Shown: positions 1 to 16,563 of the stretch, piece after piece | Numbering within the stretch: the stretch's first letter is position 1 | How the letters are laid out: every line of letters starts with the position of its first letter | Source: Eledone cirrhosa | Lineage: Eukaryota | Assembly: GCA_964016885.1 (NCBI GenBank) | Contig: OZ024743.1 | Location: 295,740,001-295,804,000 of the forward strand | Length of the DNA stretch: 64,000 bases | Reading direction: 5' to 3' | Position numbers and translations under genes: made by a program | Notes under the pieces: generated by a model | Seen by the model: only the letters and a program-made list of their open reading frames with translations | Database searches by the model: none | Told to the model about the DNA's origin: nothing

Positions 1-479
1 TACAAAGATGCTTGATTGTTGATTGTTTGTATTCAAATAGTTTGTGATAATGATCAGTCGTATATGAAGGATCATTCCATGAATTTTTAAAGAATTTAAG
101 TTTTAGTTTGGAGAATTATATTTATAAGAAATTCAATGCAGGTGTTTTAATGTAAGGTATTTATGTGTAGAAAGTAATTGGTATTGTTGACAAAAGAAGT
201 TAAAGAATTTAGAATGAATTGTTTGAGGTTGTGATGATGGTGATGGGGGTGGAATTCAGATAAATTATGTATTTCGTTTCGCGATACATTATTTTAATTT
301 GATACAAATACCTTGAATATGTTTGTTTGTTTGTTTGTTTGTTTTTGTCCTGGTGTAACTTAATATCATTATACAATGAGTTGCTATTATTGACTAGAAT
401 ATCTGATAGTATGTTAGCATTTATTAAAGCAGCATTTGGCGTGTGTATATATATACATACATATATATATATATATATC

Positions 480-1025
480 GAACCCAGACAACAACACCTC
501 GGAATCAAACACAGCCAGATTCCCGACTTACCAACTGGATCGCCATTCTGTCCACCGCCTGCCAACCGCGAGCTGGAAGAAAAACTCTCGAGGCTAAAAC
601 ATTCCGTACTTAACATCTTACGGAAACAGAAGAAGATAGCCCCAAACCTCTCCAGGACGCAACAACTCGCCCTGAAGAACCTGCGGAATAAGGAACTCAT
701 ATACTTACCATCCGACAAAGGTAAAGAGTTTTGTGTCATCTCTCAAGCCACATACAACAACCTAGCCTTTGAACACCTAAGCGACAACGAACTGTATACA
801 GAGATCCCGAACATAACTGCAGCCCAGATCGAAAAACAGGCCAACTCCATCTGGTTCGACATCTGTAGTAGAAGACAACTTCCAAATAAATTTAAGTTCA
901 ATTACACCACTATAAATAGCAGACTGCCTACTTTCTATCACCTCATCAAGACCCACAAGAATAGTACTAAGACACAAATAAGACCCATCGTCTCTAGCAT
1001 AGAAGGACCCCTATACAAAATCTGA
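480..1025 (+). pseudogene. PLE reverse transcriptase, N-terminal fragment
   Basis: SDKG, LIKTHK and IRPIVS motifs typical of PLE RT. There is a premature TGA at 1023, and the frame continues after it as WLLSQVLKPL. Confidence 0.85.
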
Positions 1026-1157
1026 TGGCTCCTCTCCCAGGTCCTTAAGCCTCTACTCTCCACCTTTCCCGGGCATGTCAGTAGCTCCGACGAGGTCATA
1101 CGTAGACTACACCAACTCCAGCCAGAACAACTTAAATTAAATAGATACGCCTTTAGC

Positions 1158-1841
1158 ATGGAACACCCCGATGACCGCGGATCCCTATCCCTACTGGACT
1201 TCCAACTCAGGGTAACAGAGGAAGGCAACATCCACACCTGCTTCTATAATAAAGCCGCCAGCAGGGACCTGTTCGTACATTTCAGATCTGCCCTCCCAGC
1301 CAGCGCTAAGTTCGGATACATAAGGAACGAACTAACACGTATCCGGAACGAATGCACCGACGCAAGAGACCGAGGCACACGCATCACACATTTCCTGGAA
1401 GTACTTAACCGGAACGGATACTCGACGTCAACCGCGAACCGTGCCAGAAACAAGAGAAGACACCACGCCCGAGGCACTAACACCTGCTTCCTGAAGCTCC
1501 CACACTTCAGTGACGAAACAACAATAGCCATCCGCAGAGCTATCAGACGAGAGGGACTAGATATCCTGCTAGCCCACTCAGGACCTTCTCTACGCGGACA
1601 GCTGACCAAAAGACACTCCTCCAGACATGACAGCTGCTGCAGGCTAGCCAACTGCCCCATCAACGACACAGACCTAAGCCACCAGGCTTACGTCGTATAC
1701 AGATTAGAGTGCGACAAATGCAGCAATTTCTTCATAGGTAGCACCACCAGACCACTTCACGTAAGAATAAAAGAACACCTCAATACTAACGCTTCCTCAT
1801 TTAAGAAATACCTAGTGAAATGCAAAAACACCGACAAATAG
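1158..1841 (+). pseudogene. PLE RT C-terminus/thumb plus GIY-YIG endonuclease fragment
   Basis: VVY..C..C...IG.T.R.L..R..EH signature. Confidence 0.88.
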
Positions 1842-2000
1842 TTAGTATAGAAGCTAAGGAAAGAAACCTCGGCAATCTTAGAATTAAAAAAGCACTGAAT
1901 ATAGACAAAACGCAACCACCAATCAATAACAGACTAGAACTCAACACCCAATTTTTAACATGATGGCGCACCTAGCCCCACACTTACACCTCCACGTATC

Positions 2001-2031
<31 letters not shown>

Positions 2032-2550
2032 ACGCTTACACCTCCACATATTATCTCACACACACACACATACACACACAAAGACCAGTTTTAACATGAT
2101 AGAGCATCTAGCCCCCACATTTACATATAGACATATCCTCTAACACTCACGCCCGCATGCTTACACCTTCACGTATTCTCCCACACACACTTAAACATAC
2201 ATGCCCAAACCCCTTTTGAAGGGAGACAACTCTTTATCCCCCTAACCTTCACGCTTTGACATTACAAATAGAATGGAATTTCTATACCATTTCCTGTCAG
2301 CATGACTTGTAAGCTAATTAGAACACTGGATTAACCCCTTTACTTCCCTCCGAAGAAGAGATATTATTTCGAAAATTAAGGATATTCAAATAAATTTAAG
2401 CTAAAAGATTAATTGTCAGCAATATCTTTTGCATTTGTATTTATATTCTATATCCATACCTGCATTGTTTTGGCCTTCTAACTCCAAACGTGTATACCTC
2501 ATTACGCAATGCTTCAAGTAAACTACAATTTCCTCCATATATATATATAT

Positions 2551-2803
2551 ATAGTATAAAGAAAACGAAAAATCAGTGATGCATCTGGACTTAATTTATT
2601 GCGTGTTACAATTGTTTCGCCGGCAGGTACCATGTCTCGAGCTACCTGCCGGCGAAACAATTGTAACACGCAATAAATTAAGTTCGGATGTATCACTGAT
2701 TTTTCGTTTTCTTTATACTATCTACACTCTACTCTGCAGAATATCGAATGCTAATTTTGGCATACCGCATATGGAAGCACCATAGCTACTATTATACACA
2801 ACT
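2551..2803 (+). mobile_element. Fold-back PLE terminal remnant (79 bp arms, 13 nt loop, 3' tail) with damaged hammerhead
   Basis: 2551-2629 is the reverse complement of 2643-2721 with a few mismatches. GAAAC-AATT-GTA with palindromic ACAATTGT is followed by AATAAA. TA flanks. Confidence 0.75.
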
Positions 2804-2814
2804 ATATATATATG

Positions 2815-2960
2815 GTCGGGTCGTCGGTGACTAAGCCGGCAACCCCACCAAGCTTACTTGGTGAGGAGGCTGATATTTGGACACGCTGCAGGATGAAATA
2901 CAAGACCCAGTGAAAGGCGGAGTAACTCACCAGAGTCAACAGCCATCCAAATGGTACTTT
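2815..2960 (+). mobile_element. Probable RTE LINE 5' UTR fragment
   Basis: Resembles, from recall, mollusc RTE leader sequence (ccggcaaccccaccaagcttacttggtgaggagg). No coding support. Confidence 0.35.
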
Positions 2961-3278
2961 TATTTTCACTTTCGAGTGGAAAGCCCCTAGTTGTTGTCAC
3001 AACACCTTTTTAGGTGAGAGAAACACTGAAAAAAGACCTGCAGCTTCGGAAGCATCCGATGATGTTGATTAGTTCTCCTTTTCGAGTAGTGTTTTCGATG
3101 CTCTGAGAGGGGGATTGATCGAATGCAAGGTGTTTCCTCGTTTGAAAAACCTTCAAAGCACAGTCATTGCTTGTTTAGGATATGTTACAGTTTCGTGTGG
3201 CTGGCCGTAGTCTGAAAGTACACCAAACTCTATAATCTGACAAGCGATTGCAATACTCTTAGCAGAGTTTGCAGCCAT

Positions 3279-3346
<68 letters not shown>

Positions 3347-3810
3347 GGGGGTGGGGGGTGGGGGGGTTGTGCGTGTGTGTGTGTGTGTATGTGTGTGTGT
3401 TCATTGTTTTCAATTATATATTGGCAGTTTTATATACATAGAAGTTGAGTGCACATTTGTAGGTCTACATTCGAATGTGGTTATAGAAGTATGTATATGG
3501 GATTTTCGAAACAATGAAGCAAAACAAAGAGAAGATAGATCTAATAACATTTTAAATCAATTGAGACAGTCTCAGAAAATATATATATGAAAATTAATTA
3601 ACGAAAACAAGAAATATGTACTAATAATCATTCAATTAATGGCCACTAGGTACGTAGTAAACTGAAGAAGCGACAACATAAAAAAAAGGGTGGAATAAAA
3701 ACAAACATCAACAAAGATATTTTCAAGGACACGAGCCGTAGTTTTTATATAAATAATTAATGAAATATAATTATTTTAATATTGGTTACTATTTATACCT
3801 ATTAGGACTT

Positions 3811-3856
<46 letters not shown>

Positions 3857-3882
3857 AAGTCCTAATAGGTATATATATATAT

Positions 3883-6123
3883 AATTCCTCTAATAGAACT
3901 TATATAGGCTCTACATCTAAGACTAGGTTTAATTCTCATATCTCTAATTTCAAACATGTTAAGTTTAAGAATTCTACTTCTTTAGCACACTATATCTGGG
4001 ATCTTAAGGGGGCTAATATACCATATAGCCTTAATTGGCGTTTAGTAGCACGCTCTAATAACCTTTCTACACATACTAAATTTTGTAATCTCTGTATCCT
4101 CGAGACACACTCTATAATTTTCTCTAGCGAATCCTTACTTAATAGAAAGTCTGAGATATTCTCTTCTTGCCCCCACGCTATTTCTAATTCTTACTTTTAT
4201 TATAAACCTAAAGGTTCTAGTAGTTTAAATTGTATCCATTAGCTGATATATTCCATTACTTATTTTTTAGTTTAGGTTCTTTTTGTTTACCACATTATTA
4301 TCATCATTATTATCATTGGTTTTTGACAACTTTTTATTCTAGCTCTCATAATCTTTTGGCTACTATACCATATCTATCTTCTTACGCATTAAATTTTCAC
4401 TATTAACACCTTATGAGTATATATCTGATTATATATTTTACATTATTTTATTTTATTTCATTTTATTTTATTTTTTTTTATTTGGATTCTTCATTGGATA
4501 ACCCCACCCCCACCCCATGCGCACATAAACTTATTGTCAACCCCTTCAAATAGATTATGATTATATTTAATCCCCCCCCTCTTTTACGCTCCTTTCTATT
4601 ATTTAATATAGTATATTGACTATAATTTTATGCTCCTTTGTATCCTTCATACATTTCTTTTTTTCTGTCCCTATTAGCCTACCATGATTCTGCTTAAGTC
4701 AGTTTTTTAGATATCGTTATGTAAATGATAGTAGAAAATTTCATCCCTTTATATATATATTTGTAGTGAAATATTAACGTTTATAAATTTTGATTACTTA
4801 AACCATAGCTAATATTGTATTGCCTTATTAGATATTTTAAATATTTTTAATATTATTATCAAATAGGGTTTTCGAGTCATTTACCGGGGTTGTTTCCTAA
4901 GTTTTTACTTAACTGCATGTGAGACCTAAGTATATACTTTTCTTTTTCTTTTTTAATTTCCGGTTGATTCTATTTATTTATTTATTTATGAATACTACTG
5001 TGCATTCTATTTACTGTCTGGCCCTTACTCACTCATCCACATATATGTCTGTTTACCAACCTTGTAATTATAAGTAATTATATATTATATTATGTTAATT
5101 ATTTTATATTGTATTTGTTATTGTACTATCAATCCTTATTACTTACCGTTGATTATATGTACCATTATGATATGTTAAATTTTATATATCATGTAAGATG
5201 TTTATATTTTTGTACCATCATAATTTTGGGTATTGTATAATTTATTTTTTTTTTCTCACCTACTCTGTAACTCTATATGAATTGATTTGTTAACTTGCAT
5301 GCCATTATATATTATATATTATATATGTTATTATATTATTATTATAGTATTATTGTGACATCTATATTGTTTGTGTAAATTAACCGGAGATTATCTATTA
5401 TTATATTTTATTATATGGTATATAATTGTATAGTTTATTATATATTATATGTGCTACTTATAATCATATCATATTATTACCTCATGTATATTAGATATAC
5501 GTATTATTATTATTATTATTATTTTTATTCCTATCATGCTTATTTATATTTAAACTCTTAATAAGGTTTAATTTGTGCTGTTAAAGATGGATATGTGTAT
5601 TGATGTATGTGTATATGTGCGTACGTGTGCGTACATATATACATATGTATATTGTACCTTTTAATTTTTATTGTAATTTTAATATTGTTACAAGTATATT
5701 ATATTATATTATATAGTATTATATATAATTCCCGCTCTATATAACCACCTTTGTTTAGCTCTAGGTTTTTTTGCTTTGGACTATATTTGTAATATGGTTC
5801 TAAATGTTATACACCTCCTTAGTGATTTTTATTATATATTTTTACCCATAATCTTGCAATACTTTAGTGTATGTACACTCCATATTCTTCGGAGTTTTCG
5901 GCTTGTATTGGCCGATAATACTTCTTGTTGTTTTAATTGCCCTGATGAGTCCTTAATAGGACGAAACATTGTTGGCTAATAAAGACTTTTGATGTATTGA
6001 AGGCTTCTTTGTTTTACTTTCATAATTCTTCGGCTCTGTTTAATTACATTGAGCTATACCTTTTACTGTCATTTCTATAATACGAAGAGGGTGTTTAACT
6101 CCAACACGCTCCAGTATTTTAAT

Positions 6124-6128
<5 letters not shown>
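3883..6128 (+). mobile_element. 5'-truncated Naiad-type PLE: GIY-YIG C-terminal part, 1.7 kb AT-rich 3' UTR, hammerhead, tail; in (TA)n
   Basis: ATG-less open frame 3883..4242 reads RTYIGSTSKTRFNSHISNFKH..TSLAHYIWDLK..YSLNW..FCNLCILE..LLNRKSEIFSSCPH. Hammerhead at 5934-5980 with AATAAA. TA tracts at both ends. Confidence 0.85.
5934..5980 (+). ncRNA. Type-I minimal hammerhead ribozyme
   Basis: attgcc-CTGATGA-gtcc(ttaata)ggac-GAAAC-att-GTT-ggctaat: canonical core, 4 bp stem II, short stem III, stem I gcc/ggc. Confidence 0.85.
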
Positions 6129-6182
<54 letters not shown>

Positions 6183-6654
6183 TATGTACACGTAGATACA
6201 TATATGTATACAGACGTACAATAGTATGTATATATATATACATATATGCACACATATATATATTTACGTATGGATTTACCGAACATTTATTATAATGCTC
6301 GGTGCGTTTGTAAACAAACATCCAAAATTAAGCCGTACAGTGTTTACCAACCATCGTTGCCCTTTTGTTAAACACTGACAAAGAGACGATGTACTAGTTT
6401 CAAGCTTATTAGCTATCGTCAGCACCTTATACCTTCCTGCCAGATGATTGAACGTCTGAAAGTATATACTTTCCTTATGGATATTAACGGCTGAGCAGCC
6501 TAATTTGCATATCGAGTCAGTTAATCGGCCGGGCGCAGCGAAAACGATAAACGGAATAAATGAAACGAATTTCATTTGTCACTCTTAGTATGGCTGTTAC
6601 TTAAATATAAGTATGTATATATATATATATATATATACCTAATATATATATATG

Positions 6655-6729
<75 letters not shown>

Positions 6730-6736
6730 GTATATA

Positions 6737-6873
6737 GGAACCAGTAAGACCGGCTGAGCTCAAGCCGTTTCGACGGCTACTTCTCTGGTTCCTATTACCC
6801 ACTCTACTACCCTAAGTATTGAGTACTATGGTGCGTTATGGTCCACCTGGTTCCTTACCACATTTCCTTCGTT
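6737..6873 (+). mobile_element. Short PLE-tail-like insertion in (TA)n, same family as 45241-45428
   Basis: Shares tattacccact.tactaccctaagtattgagtact..gtgcgttatggt.ca.ctggttccttaccaca..tccttcgtta with the 45.3 kb element and includes a small inverted piece. Confidence 0.7.
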
Positions 6874-6884
6874 ATATATATGTA

Positions 6885-7153
<269 letters not shown>

Positions 7154-7193
7154 ATACTTTGGGAGGGTCATGTTGCCAATAAATTCAGAAACG

Positions 7194-7247
<54 letters not shown>

Positions 7248-7277
7248 AGATCAAAAGATGATTAAAGGAGTTCCATA

Positions 7278-7348
7278 TATTTTATTATGCGCATTTCAAA
7301 AACAAACATCATCATGCAATAATATTTGTGTTTTCATCAGATAAAATA
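7278..7348 (-). ncRNA. Type-I hammerhead ribozyme (mirror of 10058-10128)
   Basis: Reverse complement of the + copy. Confidence 0.8.
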
Positions 7349-8354
7349 GGAGAACATGATATGAAGGCTAAAAAACACTTGTGGATAGTGCAGTTTTAAA
7401 TCAACATATGAAAAGTGGTTTTAGATTGATGTGTGATATTGGGAAAAATATTTTATTTAGAGAGGGGGAGGAAAGGATGAAAAGGGAAGGAGATGAGAGG
7501 GAGAGATGGGTGATAGAGAGAAAGAGATAGTTTTTATAACTGAGAGGGAGATATATTTTTTACATAGAGAAGTTGAAAACCGTTGGAAGATACTGTATAA
7601 ATTAAAAATTTTGAAAATTAACGAAGGGAGTATATGTGCGAGGAAAAAATATTTTATTTAGGGAGGGGGGTGGAAAGGATGAAAGAAAGGGGGAGGAGAT
7701 GAGAGTGAAGGTGGAGAGGGAGAGATGGGTGATAGAGAGAAAGAGATAGTTTTTATAACTGAGAAAAAGATATATTGTTTTAATATAGAGAGGTTGGGAA
7801 CCGTTGGAAGATAATGTATAAATTAAAGGAATTTGAAAATTAACGAAGGGAAATTATGTATGAAGATAGAGAGAAAAAAATAATAATTGTGGGTGAATAT
7901 TCTAACGTCAAAAAAAGAAATGTATGTATTGTGGCAATTTCAAAATTAGGCGAAGAGAAAAAAATTGTTAAGGTTTGTGTGTAGAAGGATTTGAGAAAAA
8001 TAATGTGAAGTTAATGTTTGTGTATATTGATTGAATTGATAATATGTGCGAATAAAGAGTTAATATGTATTAATAATGAGTTCGTTGATGGGGAGAAAAA
8101 AATAATAATAAATTAAGGATGAAATTGAGATTAAAAAGATTTATGATAGAGAGAAAAAATAATAATGATTGCGGATGAATATTCTAATGTCAAAACATGT
8201 TATGATTTTGCAAGAAGATAGAATGAGGGTAATGAGTAAACGAGTATTATAGAGTGTATAATGCCCTTTAAAGTAAGGTAGATGGGTATATTTTAAAGAG
8301 GTGTATGTATATGTGCCTTTGAGAAAAGATTCTAAATTGATAAAGAATTGAATA

Positions 8355-8704
8355 TTAACTGTATACTTTGTGAAAAGTTCTATGGAATTTATGCAGGCAG
8401 ATAGAAAACAAATCTGAGCGTCTATTTATTATAGAATCTAGGTTAGAGATAATGGTAAATTTTTCATTTAGGCAGAGATTACAGATTTTAGATAGAGAGC
8501 TGTTCAAGTATGAGGATGCAGAAGAAATCTTCTTCCAAAAGATGGTATATTTAATGTTTTTGTCTTTTAAGGACCATATGAGTTCTGAGAGAGCAGTGTT
8601 AGTTCTTTTAAGTTTGTATTTGAAAGATGAATGATGATTATAGAGACGAGCTTTAAAAGAGGTGGAAGTGGAGCCAAAATAGGTGAAGGAATTGGTGCTA
8701 GTTA
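8355..8704 (-). pseudogene. Mirror copy of the GIY-YIG fragment
   Basis: Same translation as the + copy. Confidence 0.85.
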
Positions 8705-9054
8705 TAACTAGCACCAATTCCTTCACCTATTTTGGCTCCACTTCCACCTCTTTTAAAGCTCGTCTCTATAATCATCATTCATCTTTCAAATACAAACTTA
8801 AAAGAACTAACACTGCTCTCTCAGAACTCATATGGTCCTTAAAAGACAAAAACATTAAATATACCATCTTTTGGAAGAAGATTTCTTCTGCATCCTCATA
8901 CTTGAACAGCTCTCTATCTAAAATCTGTAATCTCTGCCTAAATGAAAAATTTACCATTATCTCTAACCTAGATTCTATAATAAATAGACGCTCAGATTTG
9001 TTTTCTATCTGCCTGCATAAATTCCATAGAACTTTTCACAAAGTATACAGTTAA
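8705..9054 (+). pseudogene. Naiad-type GIY-YIG endonuclease C-terminal fragment
   Basis: YFGSTSTSFKARLYNHHSSFK..TALSELIWSLKD..Y.I.W..CNLCLNEK..INRRSDLFSICLH. Confidence 0.85.
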
Positions 9055-10057
9055 TATTCAATTCTTTATCAATTTAGAATCTTTTCTCAAAGGCACATAT
9101 ACATACACCTCTTTAAAATATACCCATCTACCTTACTTTAAAGGGCATTATACACTCTATAATACTCGTTTACTCATTACCCTCATTCTATCTTCTTGCA
9201 AAATCATAACATGTTTTGACATTAGAATATTCATCCGCAATCATTATTATTTTTTCTCTCTATCATATATCTTTTTAATCTCAATTTCATCCTTAATTTA
9301 TTATTATTTTTTTTCTCCCCATCAACGAACTCATTATTAATACATATTAACTCTTTATTCGCACATATTATCAATTCAATCAATATACAAACTTTAACTT
9401 CACATTATTTTTCTCAAATCCTTCTACACACAAACCTTAACAATTTTTTTCTCTTCGCTAATTTTGAAATTGCCACAATACATACATTTCTTTTTTTGAC
9501 GTTAGAATATTCACCCACAATTATTATTTTTTTCTCTCTATCTTCATACATAATTTCCCTTCGTTAATTTTCAAATTCCTTTAATTTATACATTATCTTC
9601 CAACGGTTCCCAACCTCTCTATATTAAAACAATATATCTTTTTCTCAGTTATAAAAACTATCTCTTTCTCTCTATCACCCATCTCTCCCTCTCCACCTTC
9701 ACTGTCATCTCCTCCCCCTTTTTTTCATCCTTTCCACCCCCCTCCCTAAATAAAATATTTTTTCCTCGCACATATCCTCCCTTCGTTAATTTTCAAAATT
9801 TTTAATTTATACAGTATCTTCCAACGGTTTTCAACCTCTCTATGTAAAAAATATATCTCCTCTCAGTTATAAAAACTATCTCTTTCTCTCTATCACCCAT
9901 CTCTCCCTCTCATCTCCTTCCCTTTTCATCCTTTCCTCCCCCTCTCTAAATAAAATATTTTTCCCAATATCACACATCAATCTAAAACCACTTTTCATAT
10001 GTTGATTTAAAACTGCACTATCCACAAGTGTTTTTTAGCCTTCATATCATGTTCTCC

Positions 10058-10128
10058 TATTTTATCTGATGAAAACACAAATATTATTGCATGATGATGT
10101 TTGTTTTTGAAATGCGCATAATAAAATA
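10058..10128 (+). ncRNA. Type-I hammerhead ribozyme with long stem II and palindromic stem III
   Basis: tattttat-CTGATGA-[long AU/GU stem II]-GAA-ATGCGCAT-A-ataaaata: 8 bp stem I, and ATGCGCAT is self-complementary. Confidence 0.82.
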
Positions 10129-10249
10129 TATGGAACTCCTTTAACCATCTTTTGATCTTATATTATGCATACTCCAGTCCCACAAACTGTAGAGTGCTTC
10201 TTATCCGATATCTGCATTGCTTTATTGTACTACAATAAAACTCACCTCC

Positions 10250-13440
<3,191 letters not shown>

Positions 13441-13884
13441 CAATGTAATAGCTGGAGTGCTCCAGCTTTTACATTGTTGAAGCGTTTCCCTACTCGTCAT
13501 ACAAGACACTCGCACTAAAATTCTATACTCTGGCATGTTAGCCTCTATTCAATGTTGCTACACATAATCAACACATAATTTCTTACACCGACCCCATATA
13601 CTTCTTTACCTTTCTAATATTGTTACCTCGCTAAGTGATTATATTTCACTGGGGTGATCTAATGAGATTTTAAAAAGGGGGCTGGTTTCACCAAGCTGGC
13701 GTAAAGATAAGGTCGCGGCAAGAGCAATTCGTTCAAATAGTCTAAAGTATGTCCAAAGTTTACCCTTGCGTACAAGTAAATTTCAAATTTTTCACTCGGC
13801 ATATAAATTAACATTGAGAGAATAATAGGTCATATTTCACAGTATCTGCTTTTATCTCTGATAACACATTGCGACGACGTCACC

Positions 13885-14212
13885 GTTACTTTCCATCGTT
13901 TAGAGGTCGATAAATAATGTACCAACCAAGTACTGTGGTCGATTTAATCGATAATCTCTCCCCCAAAAATGTCTATGTAAGTACTAATTATTATGACTAT
14001 TAAGGTTGGTAGATTCATTAGAGAATCGCATAAAATGCCTAACTCTAGCTGTTCTGGATCCTTACTTTCTGAGTTCAAACTCAGCCGATATCAACTATAT
14101 TTCTTTTATTTTCTGGTGTTGATAAAATAAAATAACATTCAAATACGGTAATCACTTTCATCGACTGATCCTCTAACTTTCTGGCTATGTGCCTATGTTA
14201 GAAACAATTATT
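13885..14212 (+). mobile_element. Two degenerate copies of SINE family A
   Basis: ctgagttcaaa.c.gccga.gtcaac...gtcgataaaataaa.tacc...ggc..tgtgcc...tagaaacaattatta, shared with the copies at 36.0, 36.7, 49.1, 51.7, 52.8 and 62.9 kb. Confidence 0.7.
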
Positions 14213-15179
14213 ATTTATTCTAAGTAAAACTCATTATGAAAATTGAGAAAGTAAAAACGAAATAAGAAATGATTATTTATTGTTGTTTTCTATGTGTTTT
14301 GCTCTGTTCTGGTGTAGTCTCGCGAGAATTGCATTCAATTTTGTGTGATGACACCGACTAATTCACTTCTCGGTAAGCATTATTGATTAGACACCAACTC
14401 AATCAGCCAGGAAGGGAATGTGACACACACACATACACTTACTGCATACAAATATACATATATAGATATAACACCAACACACACACACACGCACACATAT
14501 ATATATATATATATTTATTTATATGTAAATATATATATATATATGTGTGTGTGTGTAAATATATATCTGTGTGTGCGTATGTTGTGTATATATATAATGT
14601 TAAGTGTGTCCGTAGAATAGATAAATGAAAAAGACCGCTCTATGTTATGTACAAAGATAAAATATATTATTATAAACAATTTCTCAAAACAGTTGCATGC
14701 TATCTACGGTTTCGAATCCTACACTAACATGTCATAGATACGATATCTGTGTGTGTGTGTGTGTGTGTGTGTGGGTGTGGGTGTGGGGGTGTGTGTATGT
14801 CTGTGTGGGTGTGGGTGTGGGGGTGTGGGGGTGTATGTGTGTGTGTGTGTATCAAGTGAATGAATAATGATATATAGTGGTCAAAATAGAATGTTTTTTG
14901 TGGGTTGAAAGAGAGAATACAATAGCTAATGGTGTTTTAACGAGGTGAATTGTTGGGACGGTTTTGTGTATATTAAAGAGTTGTGGTCCTTTGAAATCTA
15001 ATTTAGCAGACATAAAAATATATTAAAGAATTGTGATCCATTGAACTTGTCAAAGATCTATTTTTGGAGTAATGGTTGTTCAGTCACTCACCAGACGATC
15101 TCTAGTAAGCCACTTGCTTCAGCTTTGTTTGCTATAAATGTTAGCAAACATACTGTGTGTATGTGTGCATGTGTGTGTG

Positions 15180-15520
15180 TTTGTTAGATGTATAGCTACA
15201 GTTACATGCGACACTTCGTTCAAAGCACTGAATGCTGTTACGAGGTCTGTCTCGTATGGGTTGTATTCCAGAGTTAAGGTTGTTGAAGTCAGTGTTGTAG
15301 CATATTTACAAACGTTACTGGCATATTACAATTGTTTCGATATCAATCATCCCTTGGTACAATCAAAATGAGGGGGCGTGTCTTTGCATATATAAACTCG
15401 TATATCTGTCGAAATGTCGAAAAGAATCAGGTCCTGTCATTTTGATTGTACCTTCAGCTGATCGATATCGGAACAATTGTAATATGCCAATAAAGTATAT
15501 ATATATATAAACTGCAACAA
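15180..15520. mobile_element. Older fold-back PLE terminal remnant with decayed hammerhead (15400-15487 +)
   Basis: Inverted arms tggcatattacaattgtttcgatatc / gatatcggaacaattgtaatatgcca and ggtacaatcaaaatga / tcattttgattgtacc. The fold is gtatat-CTGtCGA-aatgtcga..tcgatatc-GgAAC-AATT-GTA-atatgc. Confidence 0.65.
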
Positions 15521-15537
15521 TCTTCGATTCTACTTAA

Positions 15538-15616
<79 letters not shown>

Positions 15617-16262
15617 TTATTTACATGTGTGTACGTTTCACTAGGTGGGTGTGTTTTATGAGAGATACCCTGTTACACATTGCGTTTCAGATCTTTCAAT
15701 TATATATTTTCAATCATATTTACACAGACACATAGAAAGGTATGATTGAAGTGTGCTTGAAAGGGACACGCTACTATTAATTCTACACTTGAAAATCTTT
15801 AGCTACTACAGCAAGTAGTTCACATACTGTTACTCCGATTGCTGCTATTAGAAGCATCACTATTATTTTCAGAAATTAAATAATTTTGAGAATATTTAAC
15901 AATAATGATGAAAAGAAAAAATAAGAAAATTGAAAGAATGCGCTTCTTATCTCTGTATTATTGTTATTGCTAGGTGTTGGTGTTGTTATTGTCTTAATGC
16001 ATTTCCTTTTTTACTGCTAAAGTGGTTACTCATGATGTTTTTTGTGCTGGAGTATGTAGTAGTGGCGGTGGAGGAGATGATAGGTTTTGTGACTGCGATA
16101 AAGTTACTGTCTCTGTGTTATCATATTGTTTACATCAAATATATTTTTTCTTCCATGCCAAATATGAAACGATAAGACACAAACAAAAGTGCCAGAAAAC
16201 ATGTAAAATTGAGAATATATATATATGTGTGCGTGTGTACATATATATATGTGTAAAATATA

Positions 16263-16319
<57 letters not shown>

Positions 16320-16323
16320 GTAC

Positions 16324-16359
<36 letters not shown>

Positions 16360-16363
16360 GTAC

Positions 16364-16394
<31 letters not shown>

Positions 16395-16395
16395 C

Positions 16396-16431
<36 letters not shown>

Positions 16432-16486
16432 ATACATATATATATATATGTATATATATGTGTGTGTGTGTATAGATGTATGCTTA

Positions 16487-16563
<77 letters not shown>

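Larger units (their letters stand above)
480..2537 (+). mobile_element. Penelope-like retroelement (Penelope/Poseidon type), internally deleted, flanked by (TA)n
   Basis: RT N-terminal motifs (YLPSDKG..FCV, LPTFYHLIKTHK, IRPIVSSIEGP) in ORF 327..1025. RT C-terminus (LSLLDFQL, FYNK..SRDLFVHFRSALP) and GIY-YIG (VVYRLECDKCSNFFIGSTTRPLHVRIKEH) in ORF 1158..1841. The RT core is missing at about 1155. The 3' UTR has a ~55 bp duplication. TA tracts lie on both sides. Confidence 0.9.

Noticed and set aside
1-310. Possible minus-strand Naiad linker remnant (IIYLN.. motif)
   Set aside because: Too decayed and cut by the window edge.
2344-2382. Hammerhead at the end of the first PLE (ccgaaga...gaaa)
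   Set aside because: The position is right, but the core and stem I are too degraded to call as a feature.
7241-10166. A-to-I editing signature between the palindrome arms
   Set aside because: The differences seen are mixed transitions, transversions and indels, with no clear one-way A-to-G bias.
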